From: Candidatus Cryptobacteroides sp. | Lineage (GTDB): Bacteria; Bacteroidota; Bacteroidia; Bacteroidales; UBA932 | Reading direction: 5' to 3' | Length of the DNA stretch: 64,000 nt | NCBI GenBank assembly: GCA_045126075.1 | Contig: JBGVNX010000010.1 | Span: 45,009 to 109,008, forward strand | In this document: positions 29,485 through 39,583 of the stretch, piece by piece | Numbering within the stretch: the first letter of the stretch is position 1 | Layout of the letters: every line of letters begins with the position of its first letter | The notes under the pieces: generated by a model | Seen by the model: only the letters and a program-made list of their open reading frames with translations | What the model was told of the DNA's origin: nothing | The model's database searches: none | Made by a program: the position numbers and the translations under genes

Positions 29485-31643
29485 GAAAGCTTACCATTGC
29501 CATAGCATTCCTGATGTCATTATGCCTCTGTCCGGCACAGGAGCATGACAGCCTCCGGGAAACCTTCAGACATCTTCACCTGCAATGTGAGGATGCCTAT
29601 ATGCGCAATGACTTCACCCTTATGAAAACGACTCTGGACGCCCGCGAAGCCTTGATTGGAGAAGGTTTACCAGATGGTCTGAAAGAAGAAGACAGTGTCG
29701 AGATACTTGGCATGTACCATAAGGACTGGGGAAGCTATTATTCATGCATAGCAGAGATTGACGGAACAGGATACGGCAGGGCTTTGGAGAGTTATAGAAA
29801 AAGCCTTGATATCTTCAGCACCAGCAGTTTGAAATCAGCCGTGCTCAGGACGGAAATTGCCCAGCTGCATTACGGTCAGAAGGAATATGAAGCCGCATTG
29901 GGATATCTTGAGGAAAACTTCGCATTCTATTCGAGCATCCTTATCGAGCCTGCTATAACTGCCCTGTCTCAAGCAGCCCTATGCCAGGCACAGTTGGGAA
30001 GATTCAATGAAGGAATTGAAAATATAGAAAAGTGTATAGCATTGTGTTCTGACTCGGGTATAGCCATCCGTGGACGCGAGGAACTGTTGAGCGAACTGAA
30101 ACGAAAACACGCAAAGATTCTGTCGCTCAAGTCAGAAAAGAACGGCCGTGATTCCGAGATGGCTGCTGGTCTATATAAGGAATATTTTCAGGATAAACGT
30201 GACTCTATACTCGTTTCCTTCGGCAGCATGTCAGCCGAGCAAAGGGAAAGGTACTGGCTGAGAATGCACCCGTTCATAACTGACTGTTACCGTCTTGAAG
30301 ACTCAGCCCCTGAGTTCCTATACGATGTGACATTGTTCAGCAAGGCCCTGCTTCTCCAGCTGGAATCGAAGGAACCGGGACAGATTGCTCCAACGTACAC
30401 CCAGATCCAGGACAAGCTGGCAGAAAAGGAGTGTGCGATAGAGTTTGTAAGGTATGAAAAGTACCACCAGATGCAGCTGGGAGCGATAGTCCTGCATAAA
30501 AAAGGCAAACCTGACTTTGTACGCATAGGATCGGAAAAAGACCTGCTTGACTTGACTGTTTTTGGAGGAGTGACAGTAAAGGATGCATTGAAGAACAGAC
30601 AGATGCGCTTCACTGATTCTCTGTACACATGCAAGGATTTTCATAGATTCATATGGAATAAGGAGCTGAGAAGCAGCATCTCGAATGCAGAAAAGGTATA
30701 TTTTGCGGCAGAGGGCGTCCTGCATAAGATAGCAATCGAGTACATCTATCCGGCTAGAAAGGCGCCTTCATTCTGCAGGCTGACAAGCACCAGGGAACTC
30801 CTCCGGGAACCAAGGCGGAGCAGAACAGACAGCATGCTTCTGTGCGGAGGCATCGATTATAATGAAACAGAAAATGTCCCCGACGGGGAAGGCAATGACG
30901 ACATAGCATACAAACTGCTGAAGAGGAAAGGTCTCCGGTTCGGTTTCCTTCCCGGAAGCAAGGAAGAAGTAGAGGCTGTATACGAACTGAGAGAATCCAG
31001 CAGTGACACCCTTATCACAGGAACTGCAGTAACAGAGCAAGCCTGTCGCGAAGCGTTCGGCCACTACCCTATCGTCATGGTAGCCACACACGGATATTTC
31101 GGAGGAGAAAGCGAGCGTTTCGGATCGGACCTCAGGGCCAAGACCAGCGACATGTCCATGTCAGAAAGCGTACTCATCCTCTCAGGAGCACAGCTTAACA
31201 TCAGAGATGAGTCCTTCGATTCTTCGAAGCATGACGGAATCCTTTCTGCCAAGGAAATCTCAGTCATGGACCTGGACAATATAGACCTATTTATAGTCTC
31301 TGCCTGCCAGAGTGCCCTCGGCCATATAAACCCGGACGGAGTATACGGTATCCAGAGAGGACTGAAGAACGCAGGAGTCCAGGCCATGATAGTAAGTCTC
31401 TGGGAAGTGGATGACATGGCGACAAGACATTTCATGATAAACCTGAACGAGGCCCTTAGCGAAGGAGCTGACGTGAGGTCTGCATTTGACCGCGCAAGAG
31501 CAAGTCTTGACGAGGAAGTGGAACATCAAGTAAGGAAATATGACAGAGGACGTGATGCCGGTCATTATGAGACTCGACTCACCCGTCTCTTCTCAAAACC
31601 AAGACACAAGAACGCATTCATATTAATCGACAATATTCAATGA
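29481..31643 (+). CDS. Secreted TPR + CHAT (caspase-like) protease
   Basis: Signal peptide; TPR-like helices; dyad ATHG / SACQS; GLKNAGV, SLWEVDD. Confidence 0.9.
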   Translation: MRKLTIAIAFLMSLCLCPAQEHDSLRETFRHLHLQCEDAYMRNDFTLMKTTLDAREALIGEGLPDGLKEEDSVEILGMYHKDWGSYYSCIAEIDGTGYGRALESYRKSLDIFSTSSLKSAVLRTEIAQLHYGQKEYEAALGYLEENFAFYSSILIEPAITALSQAALCQAQLGRFNEGIENIEKCIALCSDSGIAIRGREELLSELKRKHAKILSLKSEKNGRDSEMAAGLYKEYFQDKRDSILVSFGSMSAEQRERYWLRMHPFITDCYRLEDSAPEFLYDVTLFSKALLLQLESKEPGQIAPTYTQIQDKLAEKECAIEFVRYEKYHQMQLGAIVLHKKGKPDFVRIGSEKDLLDLTVFGGVTVKDALKNRQMRFTDSLYTCKDFHRFIWNKELRSSISNAEKVYFAAEGVLHKIAIEYIYPARKAPSFCRLTSTRELLREPRRSRTDSMLLCGGIDYNETENVPDGEGNDDIAYKLLKRKGLRFGFLPGSKEEVEAVYELRESSSDTLITGTAVTEQACREAFGHYPIVMVATHGYFGGESERFGSDLRAKTSDMSMSESVLILSGAQLNIRDESFDSSKHDGILSAKEISVMDLDNIDLFIVSACQSALGHINPDGVYGIQRGLKNAGVQAMIVSLWEVDDMATRHFMINLNEALSEGADVRSAFDRARASLDEEVEHQVRKYDRGRDAGHYETRLTRLFSKPRHKNAFILIDNIQ

Positions 31644-32851
31644 AAAGGATCATCAGTCTGCTTATAGCATTTGCATGCACTGTAACACTGGCATACTCAC
31701 AGCCTGAAAAGGGCACAAGGACAGAAGGTGTCAGGATATATAGTATCGGCGTATCAGAAAGCATGGATTCTCATGATATGAATGAGATGCTTATACAATA
31801 TCAGGATGAGATGGCCTCTACCAGACGAGGTGTCATCAGTGACATCTTCCTCTCATACAGAAGCTCGGCAGCAAGGAAAGCCGGATCTGTAATCGACGTA
31901 GTCATTGATGCCGGAATCAATGAGCTTACAGAGCTGGTAAGAGACCACAGAAAAGACTGGCAGATGGCTGTCCAGAGGGAAAGCAAGTTCAGCAGGGATC
32001 TGGAGATGGACAACGAGATTTCAGACTTCTACCATAAATCTTCTACCAACGGAGCCCTTGATCTTCAGGACATCGCATTCAACGGATTCTCATGCAGACA
32101 GTACATTTACAGAAATGACGAAGAGCCGCTCGAGGTCTTCTACGCCCAGTTCAGTCTTGACACAACTCAGACCGGACTCAGAAGGATGGTGAACCACTCG
32201 AAGTTCGAAGTAAAACTTGATTCACTCATGTTCAATCCGTTCATATGCGAGCTTCCAAACGACTCAATCTCTGACCCTGACCTGCGTCTGGGCTTTGATT
32301 TTGAAAGAAGGAAAGACCTCAAGGTCAGCCTCCGCACTCTCATAAAGTCATCCTGGATATGCGAAAACATGACAGTCGTGACAGACCAGCCGGTGGGAGA
32401 ATTCCTTATGGAAGTAAACATAGATCCTAAGCACATGAACGACAGCTGCTTTACATATTGCAGAACCAATCCGGCTGACATGTGCAAGGAAAGCCTGATA
32501 AGATGTACCGGAGAATCATTCATGATTCCACGCTCATACATCGGATTGATTGAAAATACCGCTTACTGGGGAACAGGACAGTACAGTCTTGATATGACCC
32601 TGAGCGAGAGCTGCAGGATAAATGAAGACTATTACAAGGATAGAAAGGCATGGAAAGAAGAATGGAAGATTATCCGCAAGAGAGAGAAAATCCACCAGAA
32701 GCAGCTTAACATGGCAGTCCAGAAAATCACTTCCAGCTGGAAAAACGGCCTTTGGATAACAGAGTTCATATCACCGGGAACCACAGTTCTCGTGAGCAAC
32801 GGAAAACAGTTCATCAACAGCGGACTGACCCCGACGACTAATCCAAAATAA
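31640..32851 (+). CDS. Secreted hypothetical protein with TRRG site
   Basis: Signal peptide AYS|Q; 403 aa; ATGA overlap with the upstream CHAT gene; no family recognised. Confidence 0.7.
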   Translation: MKRIISLLIAFACTVTLAYSQPEKGTRTEGVRIYSIGVSESMDSHDMNEMLIQYQDEMASTRRGVISDIFLSYRSSAARKAGSVIDVVIDAGINELTELVRDHRKDWQMAVQRESKFSRDLEMDNEISDFYHKSSTNGALDLQDIAFNGFSCRQYIYRNDEEPLEVFYAQFSLDTTQTGLRRMVNHSKFEVKLDSLMFNPFICELPNDSISDPDLRLGFDFERRKDLKVSLRTLIKSSWICENMTVVTDQPVGEFLMEVNIDPKHMNDSCFTYCRTNPADMCKESLIRCTGESFMIPRSYIGLIENTAYWGTGQYSLDMTLSESCRINEDYYKDRKAWKEEWKIIRKREKIHQKQLNMAVQKITSSWKNGLWITEFISPGTTVLVSNGKQFINSGLTPTTNPK

Positions 32852-35800
32852 TGAATGCACCCCAATCAGAGGCTTTCTTATAATGTTTCCGTACTTCGGT
32901 TCTGGCATTGTAGAAAGCTTCTCTTGTATCATATCCCCGCGCCAGAAATCCATACATGCTGGTCATGAATGACTGGGTCATTGCACTGTTGACAGGCCAC
33001 AAGGTCATGACTATAGTTCCAACTCCTGCCTGCTTGAATCCTCTCTGAAGACCGAACACACCGTCTTCATGTATTTCACCTCCTGCAGTCTGGCAAGCTG
33101 AGAGCACAACGAGGTCCACTGCACTCAAGTCCAGTTCTGATATTTCCTGAGCGAAAAGCACTCCAGCCTTATCAGACGACAGAGGTTCATCATCTGAGCC
33201 GGACAGGACAAGACCGGAACGTTTCATTGGTGGCACAGATCTTCCTTCTGCATCCCTGTCTGCTCCCCACCAGAAGCCATGCGTCGCCAGATGAAGGATA
33301 TCGAAATCCTTTCCTGACAGTGATTTGAAAGAGTATTCTGTTCCATTGTTCCACTCAAACAGCAAGGTATCCACCTGATTGGCTATCAGCAGCTCCGATA
33401 CAGCTCTGATCTCATTTCCTGTTTCTTTCAAAGGATCACGTGGAACCACAAAATCCATCACTGCTCCCCTATAGCGGGCTTCCGCTGCATTGTAGATATA
33501 CTTATCTGAATCAGAGGTAATCTCAGCCTGATTCATGAAATAGTTCATATTACCATAAAGGACCGCATTAGAGAAGTCCTCTATATGAAGCGGTTCCTCG
33601 ACAGAAGATGTAGTCGACACCCTGTAGATATCATAGACATCGCCTACATACCTGGAAGTCTCATCACAGAACAGCTCGACATTGAGAAGATTCAGCACTC
33701 CGTCCAATGAGCAATATATGTCAGACCCTTCAGGAATAAGGGAAAGCACCGGCTCCCACACCATGTCATAAAGCTTTCTCAGACTGGTCGCATCGTCATA
33801 AAGATATTCAGTGAACACATCAACAGAAACGCTCATTATATCATCTTTAGAACACAGACGGTACAGCTTAGGACACTTGTATCCGTTTCCGACAACCGCA
33901 GCATAATATGTGTCAGAAATATTGCAGAATTCTATGGCATAGCTTCCCTTTGAAAGTCCTTTTATGACATCTTCAGATGTCAGGCGCGGAACAAGCTGAT
34001 CCCATTCATAGTCTACTCTTATAAGGTCAGACAACTCATATGAAACAACTGAAGCATATTCTCCCGGCATCGGAACATCGTCACGCTCCTCACCATCCCT
34101 AAAGGCATTATACAGATCATATGCACCGAACATCTTTTCATCATTATCCATCATATAGCTGTGCCAGTTCTGCATTGACCTCAACAGAGCACCTTTGGAA
34201 ATCAGATTCCAGTCATATAGAACACCCGCCAACAGATCGGAGCAGGCTTTCTTACCGTATGCCGAATCAAGTATACCGTCAAAAGCCTCAACATCATGCC
34301 TGCGTATCAGCATGTTCATTGCGTTCTTGTTTTCGGCAGTAGCCATCAGCATGTTCTCTGTCATCAGATATCTGTTCTTGAGATAATTATCAGCGAGTTT
34401 TGCTGCCATATTGTACTGTCCCGTCCTGAAAGCAGTCTCCATTGACGACAGCACATATGTGACACCGTCTGTCTCCAATGCCGGCTTTACATATTTTATA
34501 GCATTTTCATAATCCTCCTGCATAAAATAACTGACAAACATCGCAAAATCACGATTTTCAGGATTATGTTTATACAGCTCAGCTAAATTGCCCGTGATGA
34601 TTTCTCTTGCTCTATTACCCATGCCCAGAAGGGAGTAAACATCTGCAAGAGTGACATAGTAATATGGCGGTGCTTCTTCAGGAAGTGTTTTGAGAAAATC
34701 CTCGATCTCCATTACATATTCTGCAGCCATGCTCATATACTTCTCCTTATTGACAGTGAGTCCAGCTATTGATGTCAACAGCATTGCTTCTATCCTCGAT
34801 TCCGGTCCGGCCACTTGATGCCACAATTCAGTCCTATGTTCAATCCAGGTCCTCAGCAGGACATCAATGATTCCCTCCACTTTTTCATAATTGATATCGG
34901 TATATACATTCGCGATCTCCGCCATCAAAGTCGGATCCGAATATCCTGTTTCAGCTATCCTCAACACATCCTCTATTATAGTGTAGGCATCATTGTAGCC
35001 TTCATAAAACATATCAACAGCAAAATGTCCCAATACAAACAAAAGATCCATCAGATTGCTGACCCTGAAAAACTCTAGCATCGGAGCAAATGTTTCCTGA
35101 GCCTGAGCCACAAACATTTCATTCATCTCATATCCTAGCGTCCTGACTATGCCCTTCGCCAGTTTCAAGAATGCTTCACGATATTCATGAAATCCTTCCG
35201 TCTGGCATTCTGGAGGACATACCCACGGCAAATATTCAGCATATGGTTTGCCCTGACGGAACAATTCACCGATATATTCCCCGGCATCCATCACTTCCTC
35301 ATACGAACGCATCCTCAATGAATACAACGGAATCATCATCTTGGCTAACTCGTCACTGTGGTATTCACGACACGCCTTGCTAAACTCGAGAAGATATGCA
35401 TCCATTCCGATTCCAAACAGAGCATACGACATCAAGACGCTGTTAAGATCAGACTGCCAAACCACATTGACGCAGAGACGGAGTCTCACTACATCCTTCC
35501 AGATTTCCGAGAAGGTTTCCATATCATTATCAAACACCATCTGTGCGATACACACAAGGATGTCATCTTCGGCTGCACTTATATCATACGGGATATCCAG
35601 TTTCCGGCACAAGCGCTTCAAGACCTCGACATAATAAGGATCCTTTGCAGACATCACTATATCGTCATCATAAAATGAACGCTCTAGAAAATGAAGGTTG
35701 CCATAGTTCATAGTCTCAAAAGAAGGGGATGCAACCGTCATATCTGTCAGATATGTCTGACGGCACAGTGTTGCCACAAGACGAAGATTAGAGATGATCT

Positions 35801-36191
35801 GCTGACGGTCCTCGCCAAAATACGAAGCTTCGACATTCATCCTACGGCCCGCAGAGAGTTCTCTGATAAAATCTGCCTTATGGCCATACTCCTTGATCAG
35901 TAGAACCAGGAAGTCGATATACTTATCCGCAACATCCTCATCTTCAAATGCGTGAGGTGAAATCTGATTTATGCTGTTGACCATGAAGGACAGGTGATGG
36001 AGGTCAGCCCTGGAGACCTTGTCCTCAATATCATACCTTGAGATGGCAGAAGGGTCTTGCATCAGTTGGTCCATCATAAGTTCCCACTCGCAGTTTCCGG
36101 CACACGGTGAGGATAGCTGTGCTTGAGCAACAGCAGTTCCTGCAATGAAAGCAAACAGCAGAGCAATAATCCTGTCAACAACCTTTCTCAT
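32838..36191 (-). CDS. Secreted large helical + CHAT protease
   Basis: Signal peptide AQA|Q; ATHG / SACQT; GLQRGFKQAG, TLWPV, WGAFIILD. Confidence 0.9.
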   Translation of the reverse strand: MRKVVDRIIALLFAFIAGTAVAQAQLSSPCAGNCEWELMMDQLMQDPSAISRYDIEDKVSRADLHHLSFMVNSINQISPHAFEDEDVADKYIDFLVLLIKEYGHKADFIRELSAGRRMNVEASYFGEDRQQIISNLRLVATLCRQTYLTDMTVASPSFETMNYGNLHFLERSFYDDDIVMSAKDPYYVEVLKRLCRKLDIPYDISAAEDDILVCIAQMVFDNDMETFSEIWKDVVRLRLCVNVVWQSDLNSVLMSYALFGIGMDAYLLEFSKACREYHSDELAKMMIPLYSLRMRSYEEVMDAGEYIGELFRQGKPYAEYLPWVCPPECQTEGFHEYREAFLKLAKGIVRTLGYEMNEMFVAQAQETFAPMLEFFRVSNLMDLLFVLGHFAVDMFYEGYNDAYTIIEDVLRIAETGYSDPTLMAEIANVYTDINYEKVEGIIDVLLRTWIEHRTELWHQVAGPESRIEAMLLTSIAGLTVNKEKYMSMAAEYVMEIEDFLKTLPEEAPPYYYVTLADVYSLLGMGNRAREIITGNLAELYKHNPENRDFAMFVSYFMQEDYENAIKYVKPALETDGVTYVLSSMETAFRTGQYNMAAKLADNYLKNRYLMTENMLMATAENKNAMNMLIRRHDVEAFDGILDSAYGKKACSDLLAGVLYDWNLISKGALLRSMQNWHSYMMDNDEKMFGAYDLYNAFRDGEERDDVPMPGEYASVVSYELSDLIRVDYEWDQLVPRLTSEDVIKGLSKGSYAIEFCNISDTYYAAVVGNGYKCPKLYRLCSKDDIMSVSVDVFTEYLYDDATSLRKLYDMVWEPVLSLIPEGSDIYCSLDGVLNLLNVELFCDETSRYVGDVYDIYRVSTTSSVEEPLHIEDFSNAVLYGNMNYFMNQAEITSDSDKYIYNAAEARYRGAVMDFVVPRDPLKETGNEIRAVSELLIANQVDTLLFEWNNGTEYSFKSLSGKDFDILHLATHGFWWGADRDAEGRSVPPMKRSGLVLSGSDDEPLSSDKAGVLFAQEISELDLSAVDLVVLSACQTAGGEIHEDGVFGLQRGFKQAGVGTIVMTLWPVNSAMTQSFMTSMYGFLARGYDTREAFYNARTEVRKHYKKASDWGAFIILD

Positions 36192-36205
36192 AGCTTATAT
36201 CATTT

Positions 36206-38938
36206 TTAAAACGCATCCAACAAAATGAATGTTGCCCAATAATCGCTGTCAGTGTAGCCAAGTGAACGAAGCTCCTTCTGCGCGTTCACCAAAGCCTCAC
36301 GCTTTGACTCTCCTGACATGAGATGTCTGTAAAATCTGACCATCATCTCAGCAGTTGAATGATCATATACTTCCTTGAGGCTCATGAGCAAAGTCTTCAC
36401 TCCAGCATTCTTGAAACCTCTTTGTAGTCCGAAGACACCGTCTGCTCCAAGAGCGCCCAAACCAGTCTCGCATGCAGACAGAACAGCAAGGTCGCAACCC
36501 CTCAAGTTCATGGTTGCAACTTCAGCTGCAGTGATCAAGCCATCATTACCATCAGCATCTTCTCCAGAATTAGCCCCAGCAAATACCAGAAAACTTTTAT
36601 TCATCGCTTCTTCTGCAGACATTCCATCCTCCGATCCGCACACTCCATGAGTAGCAATATGAAGAATACCGACACCGTTGCCGTCAAGTGCGAGGAAAGC
36701 CTCCTCGTCTGCCTCTCCCTCTGAATATACATGAGGCGCCACACCTGCACTTTCAAGTATCCCTGATATGTTACTTATTTCATATGAAGTACTTTCCAGG
36801 GGCATATAGATGCCTTCTGTCACAGCTGCTCTCTTCTGAGTGCCTTCAGAATCAACATATCCGTAACCGTCATAATCTATGGAGCCGAAAAGGTCTGCAG
36901 CTCTGACAGTTCTATCCTGCTTCGGACGACATAATTCTTTTGTAGACGACACTCTGTAGACCTCATACTGTTCGGAGAAAGGCGCACCATCATATTGCAG
37001 ATATTCTATTCCTACCTTGTTGAAAATGCCGTCAGCAGAGAAGAAAATCCTCTTCTTACCCTCAAGATACGTTCTCATCTTTCCCCATACAACCTCTCCC
37101 GGCCATACCTCATCAAACAAGCCCTCATAAATGCTCATCTGCTCAGCATCCGACAACCCGCATATCGGTACGACAAGCGGAGATATAAGACTTCTGTCGA
37201 TAAGGAAGGCTGCTATGACAGCATCACTCTTCAAAGGACTTGTTCTTAAAATCGAGAACTCCACCGCAAGGTCTCCTGGCCTCATAGCGTTCTTCACATC
37301 CTGCCATGAATATGAGATATATTCAGTATAGTCCTTATACTCAGCACATTTCTGATAGATCTCCATCTGCAGTTCACGGTTCGCCTCCGTCAGTCTCAGA
37401 ATTGCCTCCAGATCTTCTTCTGTAGAAACATTATTACGAAGTCTGACGATTTCGGCCTCATTATCCTTTGTCTGTCTGTACTTGACAGCAAGAGTCGGAT
37501 CTGCATGGGCACGAAGGGTTGACTCAAACTCAATAGTTGAATTCAGAAGCATTCCCTTAAGCAGAAGCTCGGCATCATAGACCATGGCGGCAGTCCTTGT
37601 AAACTGCTCGGCATATCCCTCCGGAATCATCAGCAGCATTTCTTTTATTCCATCAAGGGTCTCCTGCTCGCGTTTCCAAGTTATCATACGCTCAGACTCG
37701 TTCTGCATGCGGAACTCATACTGCATCGCCCCTCTGAGTGACTGAATATATTGTTCGAAATATTCTACTGCAGAAGAATACTCTTCCTTCATCATGTAGC
37801 ATCCTGCAATAGTAGACAGTGATCTGGCATATGCAAGTTCTCCAAGATATTGACGGGTCATGTCCAAAGATGACTTTTCCTCAGATATTATTCTGTCAAG
37901 TTTGCGGAACATCGCCTGCTGCTTTTCATCTTCTTTCTCATCAACCCTCTTATCCACTCCGGCGAGAGTGTAGCAGCGATTCAACATTATAGCTGTCGAC
38001 GAATAATCATCCGCCATCGCGCGCTCTTCGAAAAGAGCTAAAGCCTTTTCGTAGTATGATATGGCTGTAGCATAATCCTTCATATAGCGTGCGCATTTGG
38101 CCACATGCGTCATCAGCTTAGGATATTTTTCGTCAGAAGAAGCCTCAGCCTCATAATAATCCAGAGTCTCCTTATAATACTTGAATGCCATTGCAAAGTC
38201 CTGAAGGACAAAATACGACCTTGCCATACCCTCATGACAGAGGGCGATATTCTTTCTGGCAGACTGATTTTCCTTATGAAGCGAAAAGAACTCCAGCACC
38301 TGGCCATAAGCTTCTATTGCCTTATCATTCTGATCTCCGAAATAGAAATACAAGGCGGCGGAATAGAGCACTCCTGCATATTCCTCATCCTTCAGTCCCA
38401 TCGCGGCACGTATCTGAGCTGCTGCATAGCAGTAATCTGCAGCAGGCACATAATCCTTCATCGTCATTCCAAGGAACTTACCATAGGACGAGTGTACCTT
38501 AAATGCCTGTTCCTTGTCCATAGGAAGAGCCAATGCCTTCAGATACCACGACTTAGCCTCTGCACTCTCACCTATGGCTGCATAATACTCCGCCCTCTCG
38601 ATCATACAGCCAGGTTCCTCGCATGGCAGAGTCAGTTCACGCTGGTTGTGTTCGTCCATCAAAGCCATGATACGGCTGATGTTCTTCTCATCGTTCAGTT
38701 CCATGTATGCCATCCCAAGACACTCCAGAACCAGAACATAACGTTCACCGAACTTTTCCTCATGCGGCAGAGCCTTTTCCAGATATGTTGCGGCATTCTT
38801 CATGTCACCGGCCTGATAGTACTGAAATCCTTTCTTGAGATCTTCTGACATGGCTGGTCTTTCCTGTGCATGGACACGGAAAACAAAGAGGGCCAGCATG
38901 ATGATCAGCAGGCCCTTTATTACAGATTTATTTCCCAT
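36206..38938 (-). CDS. Secreted TPR + CHAT protease
   Basis: Signal peptide VHA|QE; multiple TPRs; ATHG / SACETGLG; WATFILLD. Confidence 0.92.
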   Translation of the reverse strand: MGNKSVIKGLLIIMLALFVFRVHAQERPAMSEDLKKGFQYYQAGDMKNAATYLEKALPHEEKFGERYVLVLECLGMAYMELNDEKNISRIMALMDEHNQRELTLPCEEPGCMIERAEYYAAIGESAEAKSWYLKALALPMDKEQAFKVHSSYGKFLGMTMKDYVPAADYCYAAAQIRAAMGLKDEEYAGVLYSAALYFYFGDQNDKAIEAYGQVLEFFSLHKENQSARKNIALCHEGMARSYFVLQDFAMAFKYYKETLDYYEAEASSDEKYPKLMTHVAKCARYMKDYATAISYYEKALALFEERAMADDYSSTAIMLNRCYTLAGVDKRVDEKEDEKQQAMFRKLDRIISEEKSSLDMTRQYLGELAYARSLSTIAGCYMMKEEYSSAVEYFEQYIQSLRGAMQYEFRMQNESERMITWKREQETLDGIKEMLLMIPEGYAEQFTRTAAMVYDAELLLKGMLLNSTIEFESTLRAHADPTLAVKYRQTKDNEAEIVRLRNNVSTEEDLEAILRLTEANRELQMEIYQKCAEYKDYTEYISYSWQDVKNAMRPGDLAVEFSILRTSPLKSDAVIAAFLIDRSLISPLVVPICGLSDAEQMSIYEGLFDEVWPGEVVWGKMRTYLEGKKRIFFSADGIFNKVGIEYLQYDGAPFSEQYEVYRVSSTKELCRPKQDRTVRAADLFGSIDYDGYGYVDSEGTQKRAAVTEGIYMPLESTSYEISNISGILESAGVAPHVYSEGEADEEAFLALDGNGVGILHIATHGVCGSEDGMSAEEAMNKSFLVFAGANSGEDADGNDGLITAAEVATMNLRGCDLAVLSACETGLGALGADGVFGLQRGFKNAGVKTLLMSLKEVYDHSTAEMMVRFYRHLMSGESKREALVNAQKELRSLGYTDSDYWATFILLDAF

Positions 38939-39579
38939 CAGTTAGATATTACTACGAAACTCAGGTCTTTATCAGTCTTGTTGGTAACCTCGACAACGAT
39001 CTCGCTCAAACCACCCGGGATGTCAAACGCCCTCACATGGTAAGGTTTTCCTGTATTGAGCCCCTCATCGTCATTATGCCACAGGTCATTTCTACTATCG
39101 TAAACCTTCATGTTCACCATGCCACCAGGCTCTGTAACCAATGCAAGTTCCTGTCTTTCCTGAGCTCTGAACTTGAATTTCACGACCGCATCTGCCTTGA
39201 CACAACAGGTCTTCATAAAGACTGTTCCGCTTGTTGAAGAGCCTCTTCTTGCTGTCCTGTCCAGATATTTCTGAGCGAATGAGTATACCTTCCTGTTCAC
39301 AAGAAGACTGTCCACGAACTCATGGTCAAATACAAAATGACCGTTCATTGAGAAAGTCTCTCCAGATATAAGCCTAAGGGCTCCAAAATTCCTCGTACGC
39401 ACTTCCTTCAAGAGGATATTGGCCTCACGCATCTGTGAGGTGCTGCCTGAAGCGGCAGCTGTTCTCAATGCAACACAGGCGTCATATACTGACCTTACAT
39501 CACCTGACAACTCCTGTCCTTCTGCCATGAAGACAGACAGGGACAGCAGAACGATTGATAATATTAATCTTTTCATCAT
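38938..39579 (-). CDS. Secreted hypothetical protein (RRG linker + beta-sandwich)
   Basis: Signal peptide AEG|QE; stop overlaps the start of CHAT gene 36206. Confidence 0.7.
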   Translation of the reverse strand: MMKRLILSIVLLSLSVFMAEGQELSGDVRSVYDACVALRTAAASGSTSQMREANILLKEVRTRNFGALRLISGETFSMNGHFVFDHEFVDSLLVNRKVYSFAQKYLDRTARRGSSTSGTVFMKTCCVKADAVVKFKFRAQERQELALVTEPGGMVNMKVYDSRNDLWHNDDEGLNTGKPYHVRAFDIPGGLSEIVVEVTNKTDKDLSFVVISN

Positions 39580-39583
39580 GTAG

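Noticed and set aside
29481-38938. Type III-E CRISPR-associated or gasdermin-associated CHAT system
   Set aside because: No gRAMP/cas gene, array or recognisable gasdermin; the proteases carry signal peptides
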